In this document: positions 18,592-29,286 of the stretch, piece after piece
How the letters are laid out: each line of letters opens with the position of its first letter
How positions within the stretch are numbered: the stretch's first letter is position 1
Origin: Trypanosoma brucei
Lineage: Eukaryota
DNA: 64,000 nt
NCBI GenBank assembly: GCA_000002445.1
Contig: CM000208.1
Location: 320,001-384,000, forward strand
Direction: 5' to 3'
Translations under genes and position numbers: made by a program
Notes under the pieces: generated by a model
Database searches by the model: none
Seen by the model: the letters and a program-made list of their open reading frames with translations, nothing else
What the model was told of the DNA's origin: nothing

Positions 18592-21500
18592 TCACTCAGT
18601 AGAGGAACCGCATGGTGACAGCTGCAACATTTTTGACAAATCCACTGCTCCTCCCTCGAGACAAGTATGACGTAGGCAACGAGAGTTCGAAGCAACGCTT
18701 ATATCCTCGCTGTGGTTACCACTAATTCTGTTTCCGCCTATCATACTTAGCTCCTCTTTGTTGCACGTACTTGGAGAAACAACAGGGGGGCTTTTGGCCA
18801 CATCCGCAACTACCTTGTCAGCAACACGAACACAACATGGGCTTCCAGCGCTATGGAAACTTTTTATTTCGCTTTCATCAATAGTCGCTGCTACCGCCTC
18901 GTCACCTGCACCTTCATGACTCCTACCGCCTTCCCTTCCCCCAATGAGGGGTAACAGTTCCCACGCCAACTTGAGCGCAGGAGCGTAGAAGCCAACGCGG
19001 GAGGCAAGCCGCAATCCGTAGCAATCCACATGCGAAGGACCGGGTTGCAGACGGTATTCGAAACGGAGAGTGCACGACTTCTTGCTTGCTGGCTTTGATC
19101 CGCTTTCAACATTAGTAAGAGGAGCAGTTCCGCCCACCAGCACCACCATTCCGTCATCCCCTACGGGGATGCTACCACCGGCGCCGTCTTCGACAGCCAC
19201 CACAAAGTGCACATTCTTTACCGCACCAGCAGTGCCCTCTTCAAGGCGCGTCAACCGGCTATAGTGCGTCGCAAATATTGTTCGGCAACGCTTCTCCACT
19301 AGAAACTCAACTGTCGCCCACGCAATGGCCATGCCTTCACGCGCCGCTGTACGGCGCCCCAGTTCATCCACGAGTACTACACTTTCCCTTGTGGCGTTCA
19401 TGCAAAGATACGACAGTTCCCGCATCTCCCTTGCAAACGACGACGTGGCTGCGTCCTCCAAATCATCACAGAGCATATGTGCTATAATTCGGTCACACGG
19501 TTGGATGGCGGCTTCCCGTGCCGGGACAAAGCAGCCGCTCTGCGCAAGAGCAATCAACTGCCCAACCTGCCTCAACAACGTAGTTTTTCCGGATGCATTG
19601 GGGCCCGTCAGTAGCAGCACATTTGTCCGGTCACTCCATTGTACGGTATTGGCTGTGAAGAGTCCACCAGGGTGGCGCGCCTCAATAAAATAGGTACCAC
19701 TACTGTTGAAAGAAGTCCCTTGTCGCAGTACTGTTGGCCGCACACAGGCATTCAGACGCGAATACGTGGCAAAAGCGATTAGAAGATCCAACATAGCGAC
19801 CCCATCACAAACCGCCTGCAACTTCCCAAGGCGCTGTCGAAGGTACTCAATGAGGCGGTGCACAACCCCGTTTTGCGTATGGAGAATCTCAGCGACAACA
19901 TCATCAGCACCACGGCGCAGTAGAAGCATCTCTTTTGTTGTGCATGTAACTCGTCTTCCCCGCACTTGGTGTTTGGTCACCGCAGCGCGCTGAGCGGCAG
20001 TGTTCAATGGCTCCGGTGTTTCAACATGTAAGACCGAGGAGCCGTAGAATGGCGGTCTCTGCTGTTGAGAGTCACCATGAAGATCACCCCCGACGTCAAC
20101 ATCCATCATGGCTCGACCACTGTGATAAAGTGCGTAGTGTTTGCCACCAGAATATTTCTGTAGGAAGATTGAATCGGGTGCATTACGCTCATGCCGCGAG
20201 TCGTAACACAAATGGTACCCACGAACGCCGTCGTACACGACGCGAAGCGACCCAACCCCGTACTGCTGCTTCAAACTTTCAGCGTGAGCAAACATCGACT
20301 CAATGGTTTGACTGTATTGGTGTCGGGCGGCATCAAGAGTGCCGTTGATATTTGATTTTACCGCGAAGCATTGTTGGACTTGTAACACCGCACCACCAGT
20401 GCGTCGTGGCCGCCGCCCTACGCTCGCACCGTCCCCACCTGTAACATGAACAACACTTTCATCGAGATAGTGGGCGATCTCCGCGCATATTTCTTCCATG
20501 TGACATGTAGTCAGAGTCTGGAGTAGTTTACGCAACAACATGGGAGGTTTACGGTGACCCTCGGAGGTACTGCATAAGGAGCTTCGTGGCGGAACGGGCC
20601 AGTGAAAATTTTCTTTTTCCATCACCCCTTCCCTTTCGTGGAGTTCCACTTGGCTTTCATAGCTGCAGTCAACACCGTCAGAGCTGAGATTAGAGTGGTC
20701 CCCCACGTCGTCACACTCCTCGCTTTCTGGTGCATTGCCCGTTCCGCCTTTACTGAGCAACCCGCGCAACGTGTACAGTAGTTGGGTTGTGGCACGAAGA
20801 AATTGCCACAGCGTCACGACTGCATCGATACAACGCTGCATTGTTTTGAGAGTTGCTAACTTAGGTGTGTGTGAAAAATTTGATATGACGCGCTCCAAAT
20901 CATCACCGGTCAGTAACCGCAGTGAGCGTCGTATGGCGGCGAGGGCTTCGTTGTCTCTGCAGAGCCACTCCACCGCATCATAGCGCAACTCGATGCTCGT
21001 GGGATCACGCAATGGTTGCAGTACCGTGGAGCGGAGTAAACGGCGGCCAACAGCCGTTATTGTGTAGTTAACAGCAGTTGCAAGTGGTACAAAGAGTGCG
21101 TCTTTTTTCAACTCACGTGACGAACGGAAGAGTGTTTTGCGCACCGGTGGCTTTCTGTTACCGGTCTTGACACTCTCTTCAGTTGTCTCCTTGTCTAACT
21201 TCTGGTTGGGGAACCTGGCAAGATGGTCGGTTCCAGTTGCAATGATGTTTAGCGCCCGCGCTGAGAGCCTTGACACTTCCATGTAGTTCTCCAGAGCCAA
21301 GTACTTCACACGCACCGTGTGAGGAAGCAGGGTGTAGTTGTATGTCATTTCCAAGAACTCAACGAGTGCGTTGGCGGCGGCAAGGCAGAGGTAGCGGTCG
21401 GTATTGCTCACCTCGAGGGCCGCCTCATCCGTAGACATGAGTTCCAACAGCCGATGGGCTCCTTGCGCCTCATCAAACGAGCGCCGCTGCACGCCCGTGA

Positions 21501-22089
21501 TTGTTGTGTCGTTGAAATGCCTCAGAAGTGTCTGTACAAAATTGCTTCCAACAACCGTCTCAGGGACAAGCAGCTCGGCGGGACCACGAGAAAAGATGAA
21601 GGACAACGTTTTCGCGTACGTCACGCTGTCGCCATACTGCGTGATGATAATGGTCAGTGAGGGCAATTGGCAAATCGCAGCCCCAACCTCGCCGGCACGG
21701 TTGTCGATTAGTGCCATAATGCAATCACCACACCCCTGACTCGTGCCGGTACGTCTCGCTGTTGAGAGAGTTAAAGTGCCGGCTGCTGTTCTGGTAAAAG
21801 TTTGCGCGCTGGATCCGCGACCCACGCCCCGCAAACGTTGTGTCTGCTGCGCTGTTGGTGTCAACACATTAAAGAGGTTGGCCGCAGCTGGCGCAGACGC
21901 ATCTGTGAAGAAGTTGCCCCTCGAGTGCGGGTCTTCCAAAGGCATTGATAGAGCAGACACGTCCTCATTGGTTGGATACGCACCGTTGGCACTGAACATT
22001 TGCCTGCTGTCGTCAGTCATTGAAGTGATGGGGACGGAGTAGCGCACTCCAAGCTTGTACTGCAAGGGAATCGGGAAATTGTTGCGCAT
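18592..22089 (-). CDS. MSH4: MutS homolog, most like MSH4 of the meiotic crossover clade (domain I absent)
   Basis: 1165-aa ORF. The ABC ATPase has Walker A LLTGPNASGKTT and Walker B VLVDELGRRT plus FATHY. There is no N-terminal mismatch-binding GxFxE motif. The N-terminal GEVGAAICQLPSLTIIITQYGDSVTYAKT and YLCLAAANALVEFLE match the MSH4 pattern as I recall it from human MSH4 (EIGMASIDL...QFADNTTYAKV; YYCLAAVAALLKYVE). Confidence 0.65.
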   Translation of the reverse strand: MRNNFPIPLQYKLGVRYSVPITSMTDDSRQMFSANGAYPTNEDVSALSMPLEDPHSRGNFFTDASAPAAANLFNVLTPTAQQTQRLRGVGRGSSAQTFTRTAAGTLTLSTARRTGTSQGCGDCIMALIDNRAGEVGAAICQLPSLTIIITQYGDSVTYAKTLSFIFSRGPAELLVPETVVGSNFVQTLLRHFNDTTITGVQRRSFDEAQGAHRLLELMSTDEAALEVSNTDRYLCLAAANALVEFLEMTYNYTLLPHTVRVKYLALENYMEVSRLSARALNIIATGTDHLARFPNQKLDKETTEESVKTGNRKPPVRKTLFRSSRELKKDALFVPLATAVNYTITAVGRRLLRSTVLQPLRDPTSIELRYDAVEWLCRDNEALAAIRRSLRLLTGDDLERVISNFSHTPKLATLKTMQRCIDAVVTLWQFLRATTQLLYTLRGLLSKGGTGNAPESEECDDVGDHSNLSSDGVDCSYESQVELHEREGVMEKENFHWPVPPRSSLCSTSEGHRKPPMLLRKLLQTLTTCHMEEICAEIAHYLDESVVHVTGGDGASVGRRPRRTGGAVLQVQQCFAVKSNINGTLDAARHQYSQTIESMFAHAESLKQQYGVGSLRVVYDGVRGYHLCYDSRHERNAPDSIFLQKYSGGKHYALYHSGRAMMDVDVGGDLHGDSQQQRPPFYGSSVLHVETPEPLNTAAQRAAVTKHQVRGRRVTCTTKEMLLLRRGADDVVAEILHTQNGVVHRLIEYLRQRLGKLQAVCDGVAMLDLLIAFATYSRLNACVRPTVLRQGTSFNSSGTYFIEARHPGGLFTANTVQWSDRTNVLLLTGPNASGKTTLLRQVGQLIALAQSGCFVPAREAAIQPCDRIIAHMLCDDLEDAATSSFAREMRELSYLCMNATRESVVLVDELGRRTAAREGMAIAWATVEFLVEKRCRTIFATHYSRLTRLEEGTAGAVKNVHFVVAVEDGAGGSIPVGDDGMVVLVGGTAPLTNVESGSKPASKKSCTLRFEYRLQPGPSHVDCYGLRLASRVGFYAPALKLAWELLPLIGGREGGRSHEGAGDEAVAATIDESEIKSFHSAGSPCCVRVADKVVADVAKSPPVVSPSTCNKEELSMIGGNRISGNHSEDISVASNSRCLRHTCLEGGAVDLSKMLQLSPCGSSTE

Positions 22090-22576
22090 CCCACCCTGCT
22101 CTGCATCTGCGGTTGCAAAAGGGCTGGTCTTCGCGCTTTTCGCTCCGGCCTCTTCTTTGTTGAAAACACGCGCGCGCGAATACGCTATATTTGTCTAACT
22201 GCGGTGTCCGAATAAAAAAACAAGAAGGGAAACGAAACATTGGTACGAACTGGTTACGGCGAACAGTCGCCGCAGCATACATCCCATAAACAATAACTTC
22301 TTCCCATATACGCCAGTTCCCTACTTTCGTGCTTGCAGCAATTCCCCAGACCCTTGTTGTAAACGCGTTCAGTGTCTCGGAATGGGAAGAAGCTAAAAGC
22401 AGAAGGAAATTGAGTACAAGTATATATTGTAACTAGTTAAAAAGGTAAGAAATGAAAAAGATAATCAAGGCGGGGTTTGAAGAGTAGTCAAGTGAAGACC
22501 AGCCGGCCGAACTCATACGATCAACCATCTTCCCCGACACATCATTCTCGCGTGCCCTTTGTTTTTTCATTTACTA

Positions 22577-23098
22577 CTATGCCTTCTTCGATACGTCGTC
22601 CTTCGTTGTAATGTTTGTGGTGTCCTTCAAGTAGTCCTTTTCTGCCTCAAAGAGCGGGCCGAGCTGCGTGGCGCCACCCAAAAGCGTTAATACAGTGTAC
22701 AATCCGAATGTCCTTCGGTCTGCCTTGCAGCGAATGCAAATCCCTGCTGCAAGCCCTGCTTCCCCACAATGTATTACGAACGCTAGCACAGCCACAAGTT
22801 GAATCACTTTCATCTCGCGAAACATAAATAGCCCAACGCGAAACAAACTTCGCATCAAGCGGTCCTCAAACAATAACTGCAGCTTCGAAAGGGATGAAGT
22901 ATTGTTGTCACCAAGGCCCGAGGGTACAACAAGGTCAGTTCCCTCTTCGTCGACGGTCGTCCCAAACGCAAGGTAGTTTAACAGAAGAAAACATATTAAT
23001 GTGGGGACGAACGTAGCCCACGGTCTGCGGTATGACAAGCCCTTCGCAACACCGGGTTTATGTGCTTTCTTTATTGTTTCCTTTTTTCTCATTCCCAT
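22577..23098 (-). CDS. Hypothetical small membrane protein (3-4 predicted TM helices)
   Basis: 173-aa ORF with hydrophobic segments FVPTLICFLLLNYLAF, IQLVAVLAFVIH and LYTVLTLLGGATQL. Confidence 0.35.
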   Translation of the reverse strand: MGMRKKETIKKAHKPGVAKGLSYRRPWATFVPTLICFLLLNYLAFGTTVDEEGTDLVVPSGLGDNNTSSLSKLQLLFEDRLMRSLFRVGLFMFREMKVIQLVAVLAFVIHCGEAGLAAGICIRCKADRRTFGLYTVLTLLGGATQLGPLFEAEKDYLKDTTNITTKDDVSKKA

Positions 23099-23859
23099 TT
23101 GGGCTGTTCGACTAATTCGAGTAGAAGGGTCATAAGGAAAGATAGCACTACTCCGTGGTAAACCTTCACCTCGTACGGTCGCTTTTTTTTTCTTTTTGCT
23201 GTTTCTATCACACGTCTTCTCTCACTGCAGTCAAACACGGGTCCGCACAACAATGATGCCCAGTAGTGTCAGAAAGGGAAAACACTCGAGTGGTAAAAGT
23301 CGGAGACAATAAACTCGGATACCCGCAAACAATGACGATGAGGTGGTGGTAGTGGTGGGGCGAGGTAGGAAAGAATCACACAAAATATTAGCAATGAACC
23401 CTTGGCGGTGCAAATGTCCCCATATGGGTTTGCACAACACCGCAGTTCCTGGCAACACGCATCTCCATACTGCCGTGTTTACATCGATACTTCATGGTTT
23501 AAAGCAGCGCATCCACATACCCCCGGAGCCGCTTAGCGCCTCAACAAACGTTTTGCTCCACCCAACACGTTCCACACTACCGGTGGCACACCACCGTGCG
23601 CATCAATCGCCGCAAAGGCCACAGCTGTCATGGCAAATGTGGCTGTGCAGAGCAATGTGGACCAAACGTCCCTTCGCCTTTCCGCCTCGCTCTTTGAACT
23701 GTTGTAAACGTTCCGCAGCCGTCCCCCAACGGTCCAAAGAGTTGAAATGCCTTCGCAGCACATATCCCACTTTTCGCGCCACATGGCACTAAACCACTGC
23801 TTCTCCCAGTGGAAGCGAAATGTTGCTATTGTGAAGTAACCGATCTTGTGGGGAATACG

Positions 23860-24200
23860 ATAGAAAAGGCAAAAAAAAAATGCGCAGGAAGTATAAGTAA
23901 CACACAAAAAAAAATCAAAAGAAAGGGGTTTGTTACACAAGAAGTTGACATAAACAAGGCTACATATTTTACCACACCGCATTCCGGCAGGTAGAAACAA
24001 ACAAATATACAAAAAGAAACGAAAAATAGCTAAGCGAATCCCACGCGATAGTATGGGGGAAGAATAAACGCACGCACGTTTGCGAAAAAAAAAAAATGAA
24101 CATTTTTCTCTCTTTTAAAAATAATCAAACAATACCAACGGAGCAACGACAAAAAACAAAAAAAATATTAGACGAACCAAAGACTCACTTTTTGTCACCT
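23860..24200 (-). promoter_or_regulatory. Polypyrimidine-rich tract on the minus strand between the 24456-25763 gene and the 22577-23098 gene. Candidate splice-acceptor and polyadenylation signal region.
   Basis: Long A-runs on the plus strand (aaaaaaaaaa, aaaaaaaaaaaa), so T-runs on the coding strand. Confidence 0.3.
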
Positions 24201-24426
24201 TCACCTCAAATGATCGCCAGGTGAGGCGCACACCTCCTTCCTCCCCCCCCCAAAAAAATTCGGATGCGTCACGCCCCCACCCTTTTTTCTCTTCTTCCAA
24301 ATAATCTCCACGTAAGTGAGCGTACAGGTTTTTTTAAATTGCAAACTTAAAGTACAGCACACAGCTTTATTTCAGCGCACTACTAGCAGTACGGCATAGG
24401 GAGCGGTTCCAGTTTACAAGCCAGAA

Positions 24427-24442
24427 ATATATATATATATAT
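24427..24442. repeat. (AT)8 microsatellite
   Basis: atatatatatatatat. Confidence 0.85.
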
Positions 24443-24455
24443 GCGTTTACCGTTC

Positions 24456-25763
24456 TCAAGAGAAGTCGACGGGAGGGTCCCCGCAGAACATTCGTGTGGC
24501 GGCAACCAGCTCTCGCGTCGGCAGCGTTGCTTCGTCCACTACTTCTGATGCCAACATTTGCGTCAACCGCTGCAGGCGCCACTGAAGCCGCGAAAGGAAC
24601 CGCTGACCCGCCTCTCGCTCCTCCGAGCAGAGGCACTCGGTTCTTGTGTTGATGTGCTGTAAAATACGCAGCGCAGCGACGGCGGCACGGTCGCCAATAG
24701 AGCCATTACCAGCACTCCGAAGAATTTCGAGGGCGAGTTGCCGCGCCACTGCGCAATAAATCCGCGGCACCGCGAGGCCCGGATAGGGCTCCAACGTGTA
24801 GGACATGGCGTCAACAATATCGTAGCGACTCGGTACGTCTGCAGCGGTGCGTACGAGGGAGTACTGCCAAGTTGGGTTGGAGGTTGCCCGGTCTGTGAGC
24901 GTAGCAGGTTCGATAAGACCCTTCAAGACGCGTACGGCACTCAATATAGAAACAGACAACTCCACCGAAGTGCCTTTGGATGTGTGGCTCTTTGCAACCG
25001 AGTCCTGCAATGCAGCGCCACCGCGACACGGCAGCCGCTCCTGACTTACCCCCAAATTTGGTGGGACCAGCAAAATAGTCTCCGTCACACTACGCTCAAG
25101 GTAAACCAAATGCTCAATGGCCTTCATGTACTCACAGCGAAGTTCTGAAGAAACACCACGAGCGGCAGCAACACCTCCCAACTTCTCACAGTCGCGCTGT
25201 GCGATCTTTTTGCATCGAACAATAGTCGATGAAAGAACAAGTAGATGCGCGAGCCGATCATCGCAATGGCCAACGACATTACCGCTTGGCCAAAGTGACG
25301 CGGCTAATCCTAGGGCAACGTCGTTCTCGAGCCTTGCGGCGATACTTGGAAACAACGAACCCTTTCCTCCGAAAGCAGAGGGCAACTGAGGTCTGGCTAC
25401 CTTGTTATTGCAGTACGGCTCAACCCTGCAGTAGTTAGCACTCAGCAGTTTGGGCTGGCAGTAGCATTCCTTTCGATCCTGTCTTGTGGTGCCTCCCCAA
25501 GTGTTCAGCAGTTCGCTGCTGAGGGCTATAGGTTGATTCTCGGTGCGCCTCAGCATTTGTAGAGGTGATGCGTACTGTTTGGGAAACATGCGAACACACG
25601 GATCGGTTGCTATGGGCTCAGCACCACAGTGTTTTAACTCTCGTTGAATGTGGATGGCCTCCACTAACAAATATTGGTTCTCTTCCTCATAGCCACTGAT
25701 AAGACTTTGACAGACAGCTGGCATACACACCCTTTTCCTCCTAGTCTTAGAAAGGTACCACAA
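24456..25763 (-). CDS. Hypothetical protein
   Basis: 435-aa uninterrupted ORF, co-directional with the transcription unit. No motif recognised. Confidence 0.35.
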   Translation of the reverse strand: MWYLSKTRRKRVCMPAVCQSLISGYEEENQYLLVEAIHIQRELKHCGAEPIATDPCVRMFPKQYASPLQMLRRTENQPIALSSELLNTWGGTTRQDRKECYCQPKLLSANYCRVEPYCNNKVARPQLPSAFGGKGSLFPSIAARLENDVALGLAASLWPSGNVVGHCDDRLAHLLVLSSTIVRCKKIAQRDCEKLGGVAAARGVSSELRCEYMKAIEHLVYLERSVTETILLVPPNLGVSQERLPCRGGAALQDSVAKSHTSKGTSVELSVSILSAVRVLKGLIEPATLTDRATSNPTWQYSLVRTAADVPSRYDIVDAMSYTLEPYPGLAVPRIYCAVARQLALEILRSAGNGSIGDRAAVAALRILQHINTRTECLCSEEREAGQRFLSRLQWRLQRLTQMLASEVVDEATLPTRELVAATRMFCGDPPVDFS

Positions 25764-25985
25764 AAATCGCGTGTATAAGCATCATTGCACAAACGCAAAT
25801 AAGAAAAAGAGACACGTTATACGCACAGAAAAGGTCACAGCAACAACAACAATCGATGGGATTTCCACACACAAAAAAAAGACGTGTGTACACACTTCTG
25901 GGATGCGAGAGGTGCATAATGAGCTTTTCTCTCGATAACTTGTCCCCAGTGTACGCCGTGCGCTTCCCAACCCCGATCTTTCACC

Positions 25986-28820
25986 TCACCCCAAAAGACC
26001 TTCTGCCACAAGAATCGTCCGGAATTCAGCGAAAATGCACTGCAGTTCGGCACTCGATGTTGCACCAGTGATCATCACGCTCAACCCCTGCCGCAACGCC
26101 GCCCTCAAGGCGCCCTGCTCCTTGTACTGGGCGTATGTCTCCGTTGTGTCTCCAATAACCTCCCGCAGTGCACCACACAGCGCGCGGGCCACCACAGGTG
26201 TGAGGTCCGCTGTGGCGTATCGCCCCGCAGTAAGGCACGACGGGGGGACTCGCGCGAGGGCTGAAGCGGCTTGCGTACGGACCTTGAAAATGCGATCACT
26301 ACATACCACAGTGCACAGCCGTTCAACAGCAGAAGTCGCTCCTTTTGGCTCCGCATCGAAAACCACCTCCCGCGCGAGACCGAACCCAAGAGCGCATGAA
26401 GCATTCCATCTTAATTTGGCATCACAGCTGAAGGGGTTTAAAAATCGTAGAAGAGTGTCAAAGAATGCCTCCGCGACAACCTGTTGCTGCTCCTCACACT
26501 CCGCCCTCGCCTCGGCGATTAGTTCCTCGAAGGTAAGGCACCCCAAGAGGTGACTCATTATGCGAATGCCATGCCCCATTATGGCAGCGTCGTCATACTG
26601 CTCGGCAGCATGCAGAGCAACCTCACAGAGTAGCTGAATGTGGCGTGGAGACTGCCTAAGGGGGTTCTCATGAGCGGCAGCGCTTTCTACGCCGTCATCA
26701 CCATCGCCCTCCGCTGAATTCTCAATCAATCGTGAGGTGATGTTTGAGAGAGCGAAAGCCGCCTTCCCTCGGACGGTGGAGCAAGGGTCATTGAAGAGAC
26801 AGGAGACCGCAAGGTCGACGAAGTCCAGTGTCTTGCTGTCGAGGGCGGTGTACTTCCACGCCCACACGCCAATAGTTGTGAAGGCCTCCGCTCTGCCGCT
26901 GCTCTCCGTTGCAGATGTCGCGGCGACAACCTTTTCGATAATCTCCTGGCGAGCACTGTCGGAAAGGGAGAGCAAATACTCATCCCCCACTTGAGCAAGG
27001 CAACGTAAAGCAGCCCGGCGGGCCTCGATGTGCCGAGAATCCCCAACTGCCATTCGTAGCACCGGAAGGACAAGCTCCGCCACGATTTGTTCCTTCTGCA
27101 ACTGCGTTGCCCGGTGGGAGGCATAGTTGGGTCGAAGCGCGGGGTCCGCCGACTGTCCATCGAAGGGTTGCCAGACATAACCCATGAAATGCACCCACCC
27201 CCGCAGACACTCACCAAGAGTTGCATCAGCAGCTCCTCCCGCAGGGCATGTGGTCCCCTCTAACCCCGTACTCAATCGTAGAACGGCACGGGAAGCTGTG
27301 ATAAGTTGTGAGAAGTGGGCCCCCACGGTAGCAGGATGCAAGCGGGAGAGTTGCACAACACACCTCCAAACCTCCACGCGTGCCGCGGCATGCGTTAAAA
27401 GTGAATCAACCAGTGCCCTGAAACCGTCACAACGTGGCTCGCTTCGACTGAAGGGCTCGAGATTTTTTACTTCTACTTTAACGTTTTCTTCGTCCCACAA
27501 GAGGCAGTCGTGCACCACACTAATAAGAGACTCGGATTTTAACACTTCACAAAGGAAGGCCGTTGCCGCCTTAAACCTACCGCTGTCACATGTGACAAGG
27601 CACTCGCGGAGCACATTCATGCGCAAGACACTGCCCACCATCTCACGGCACTGTGGGCACCGATTGTACGGCGTGACTGCGACGAGTACGGAAAAAACAG
27701 AAAAGTGAATGCCAGTGCGGTGATTTTGCACATTAACCGCTTTGGAACAGACACCTTGCATTAGCTCAGGGGTATCCGGCGTCTGCGTTGCCCACAGTAG
27801 TGCATAATGTATAGAAGCTAAAACCCGACCACTCAGTGACGCCAAAGACAGGAAAGACTGCCGTTTCTGTTGTGGCTCTTCTGCATATGTGAAATTGGTG
27901 CTCAGCTTGCGGAGCAAGGCGGAGAGCAGGGCAGCCGCCGCCGCTCGAATTCGTTCCTCTCTATGCCACAACAATGGAGTGAGCAGCGGGTGTGAAACCC
28001 GGGCATCTCTCGCATCCACTTCAGGAAACAACACAGGTAAGTATCGAGTAACGTTAAAGGGCGAATTGCGAAACCGCATCAGCGCAGCCACAAGCATATA
28101 AAAAGCCGACATACGCACCATGTGGCAGAGTTCGTCAGAAGCACACTCTCCGCTACCGTCGCCACCCTGAGTAGCATGAGCGTCAACCATTCCTTTGTTA
28201 ATGTTACTGACGGAAGCATAAACCACCGCTTCCACCCCTACACCAAATATTTTTTCGGCCATCTGCCCATCTTCAATTAGGTGAGAACTGCTAGTAGATT
28301 TGCTGTCACTGCCATTCACATTCCTCCGCACTGGTCGCTGCTGCCTCGACGCATCCTGGCGGTTGGCAGCTAGTAACGAGAAGTCGAAAGTGTTCTCCGA
28401 CACCGGTACGGCTGCCCAACAGTACCATGTGATTACCTGCGCAAGAGTATTTATTCGTTGCATATGTTCTGACTCAGTTAGGGAGTGGACGTGGCCTCTT
28501 CCGTCACCACCGCATTTTCTATTTTCGTGCAGTAGCCTCCCTAACATCGCGGTAGCCGCGGTTATCAGCGAGTCTTCCGGAATAGCTGGTCCCCTTGCAT
28601 GAGAAGAGTACGAGCCATTTCGCGTTAAGTCATGTCTTTCCGATCCAGCTGCTTTTCCCCATCCCCGGCGATGGGATCCTTCCTCACCAAGTCCTGTTAT
28701 TTCCACAGCGGCAGAAACCACCTCATCAGCACTGGAACGCAGCGCGGTGTAAAATACCCAAAGGTGATGCTTCACGACTCCACTGCACTCTGCCGCTGTG
28801 GCAGGGGGGGCTGTCTGCAT
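25986..28820 (-). CDS. HEAT/ARM-repeat protein
   Basis: 944-aa ORF. The C-terminal third has repeated helical pairs with HEAT-like signatures (CSTVRGKAAFALSNI, KVRTQAASALARV, LRWNASCALGFGLA). Confidence 0.45.
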   Translation of the reverse strand: MQTAPPATAAECSGVVKHHLWVFYTALRSSADEVVSAAVEITGLGEEGSHRRGWGKAAGSERHDLTRNGSYSSHARGPAIPEDSLITAATAMLGRLLHENRKCGGDGRGHVHSLTESEHMQRINTLAQVITWYCWAAVPVSENTFDFSLLAANRQDASRQQRPVRRNVNGSDSKSTSSSHLIEDGQMAEKIFGVGVEAVVYASVSNINKGMVDAHATQGGDGSGECASDELCHMVRMSAFYMLVAALMRFRNSPFNVTRYLPVLFPEVDARDARVSHPLLTPLLWHREERIRAAAAALLSALLRKLSTNFTYAEEPQQKRQSFLSLASLSGRVLASIHYALLWATQTPDTPELMQGVCSKAVNVQNHRTGIHFSVFSVLVAVTPYNRCPQCREMVGSVLRMNVLRECLVTCDSGRFKAATAFLCEVLKSESLISVVHDCLLWDEENVKVEVKNLEPFSRSEPRCDGFRALVDSLLTHAAARVEVWRCVVQLSRLHPATVGAHFSQLITASRAVLRLSTGLEGTTCPAGGAADATLGECLRGWVHFMGYVWQPFDGQSADPALRPNYASHRATQLQKEQIVAELVLPVLRMAVGDSRHIEARRAALRCLAQVGDEYLLSLSDSARQEIIEKVVAATSATESSGRAEAFTTIGVWAWKYTALDSKTLDFVDLAVSCLFNDPCSTVRGKAAFALSNITSRLIENSAEGDGDDGVESAAAHENPLRQSPRHIQLLCEVALHAAEQYDDAAIMGHGIRIMSHLLGCLTFEELIAEARAECEEQQQVVAEAFFDTLLRFLNPFSCDAKLRWNASCALGFGLAREVVFDAEPKGATSAVERLCTVVCSDRIFKVRTQAASALARVPPSCLTAGRYATADLTPVVARALCGALREVIGDTTETYAQYKEQGALRAALRQGLSVMITGATSSAELQCIFAEFRTILVAEGLLG

Positions 28821-29286
28821 TTCGATCGTTGCCTCAATAGTCTACTCGATAGATCGACGCCACTTTCCTGTCCTTCCTTTTACCTCTTTAGGTCCACTTG
28901 ATACTCTATTGAAGCTTTTCCCCACTTGAAGCAAAGTCCAGGGACCTCGTACGAGGGTGGCAGTGAGCGAACCATTCAAATAAAAAGAAAAGAGGAAGGG
29001 AAAACAAATGCGCCCCAAACAACGTATGGACAAACTACAGTGAGATCGCCAGAGGCACACACGCAACACTTACACCACAAGACGGCAAAGAGGAACTTGA
29101 TTACACGTCCAAGTGTGCGTCCGTATGTTACCAGTAATGATTCGACCGTATTAAGTCAGGTATTTCCACCAAGGAAGTTCGTTACAGCATGGATAAAGGC
29201 AATGGACCCTAACAGTGCAGCCAACCTTACAGCGTCTAATCGTAACTACACCACGGGAAAGAGAAAGAAGAAACAGCCTGTAAATA

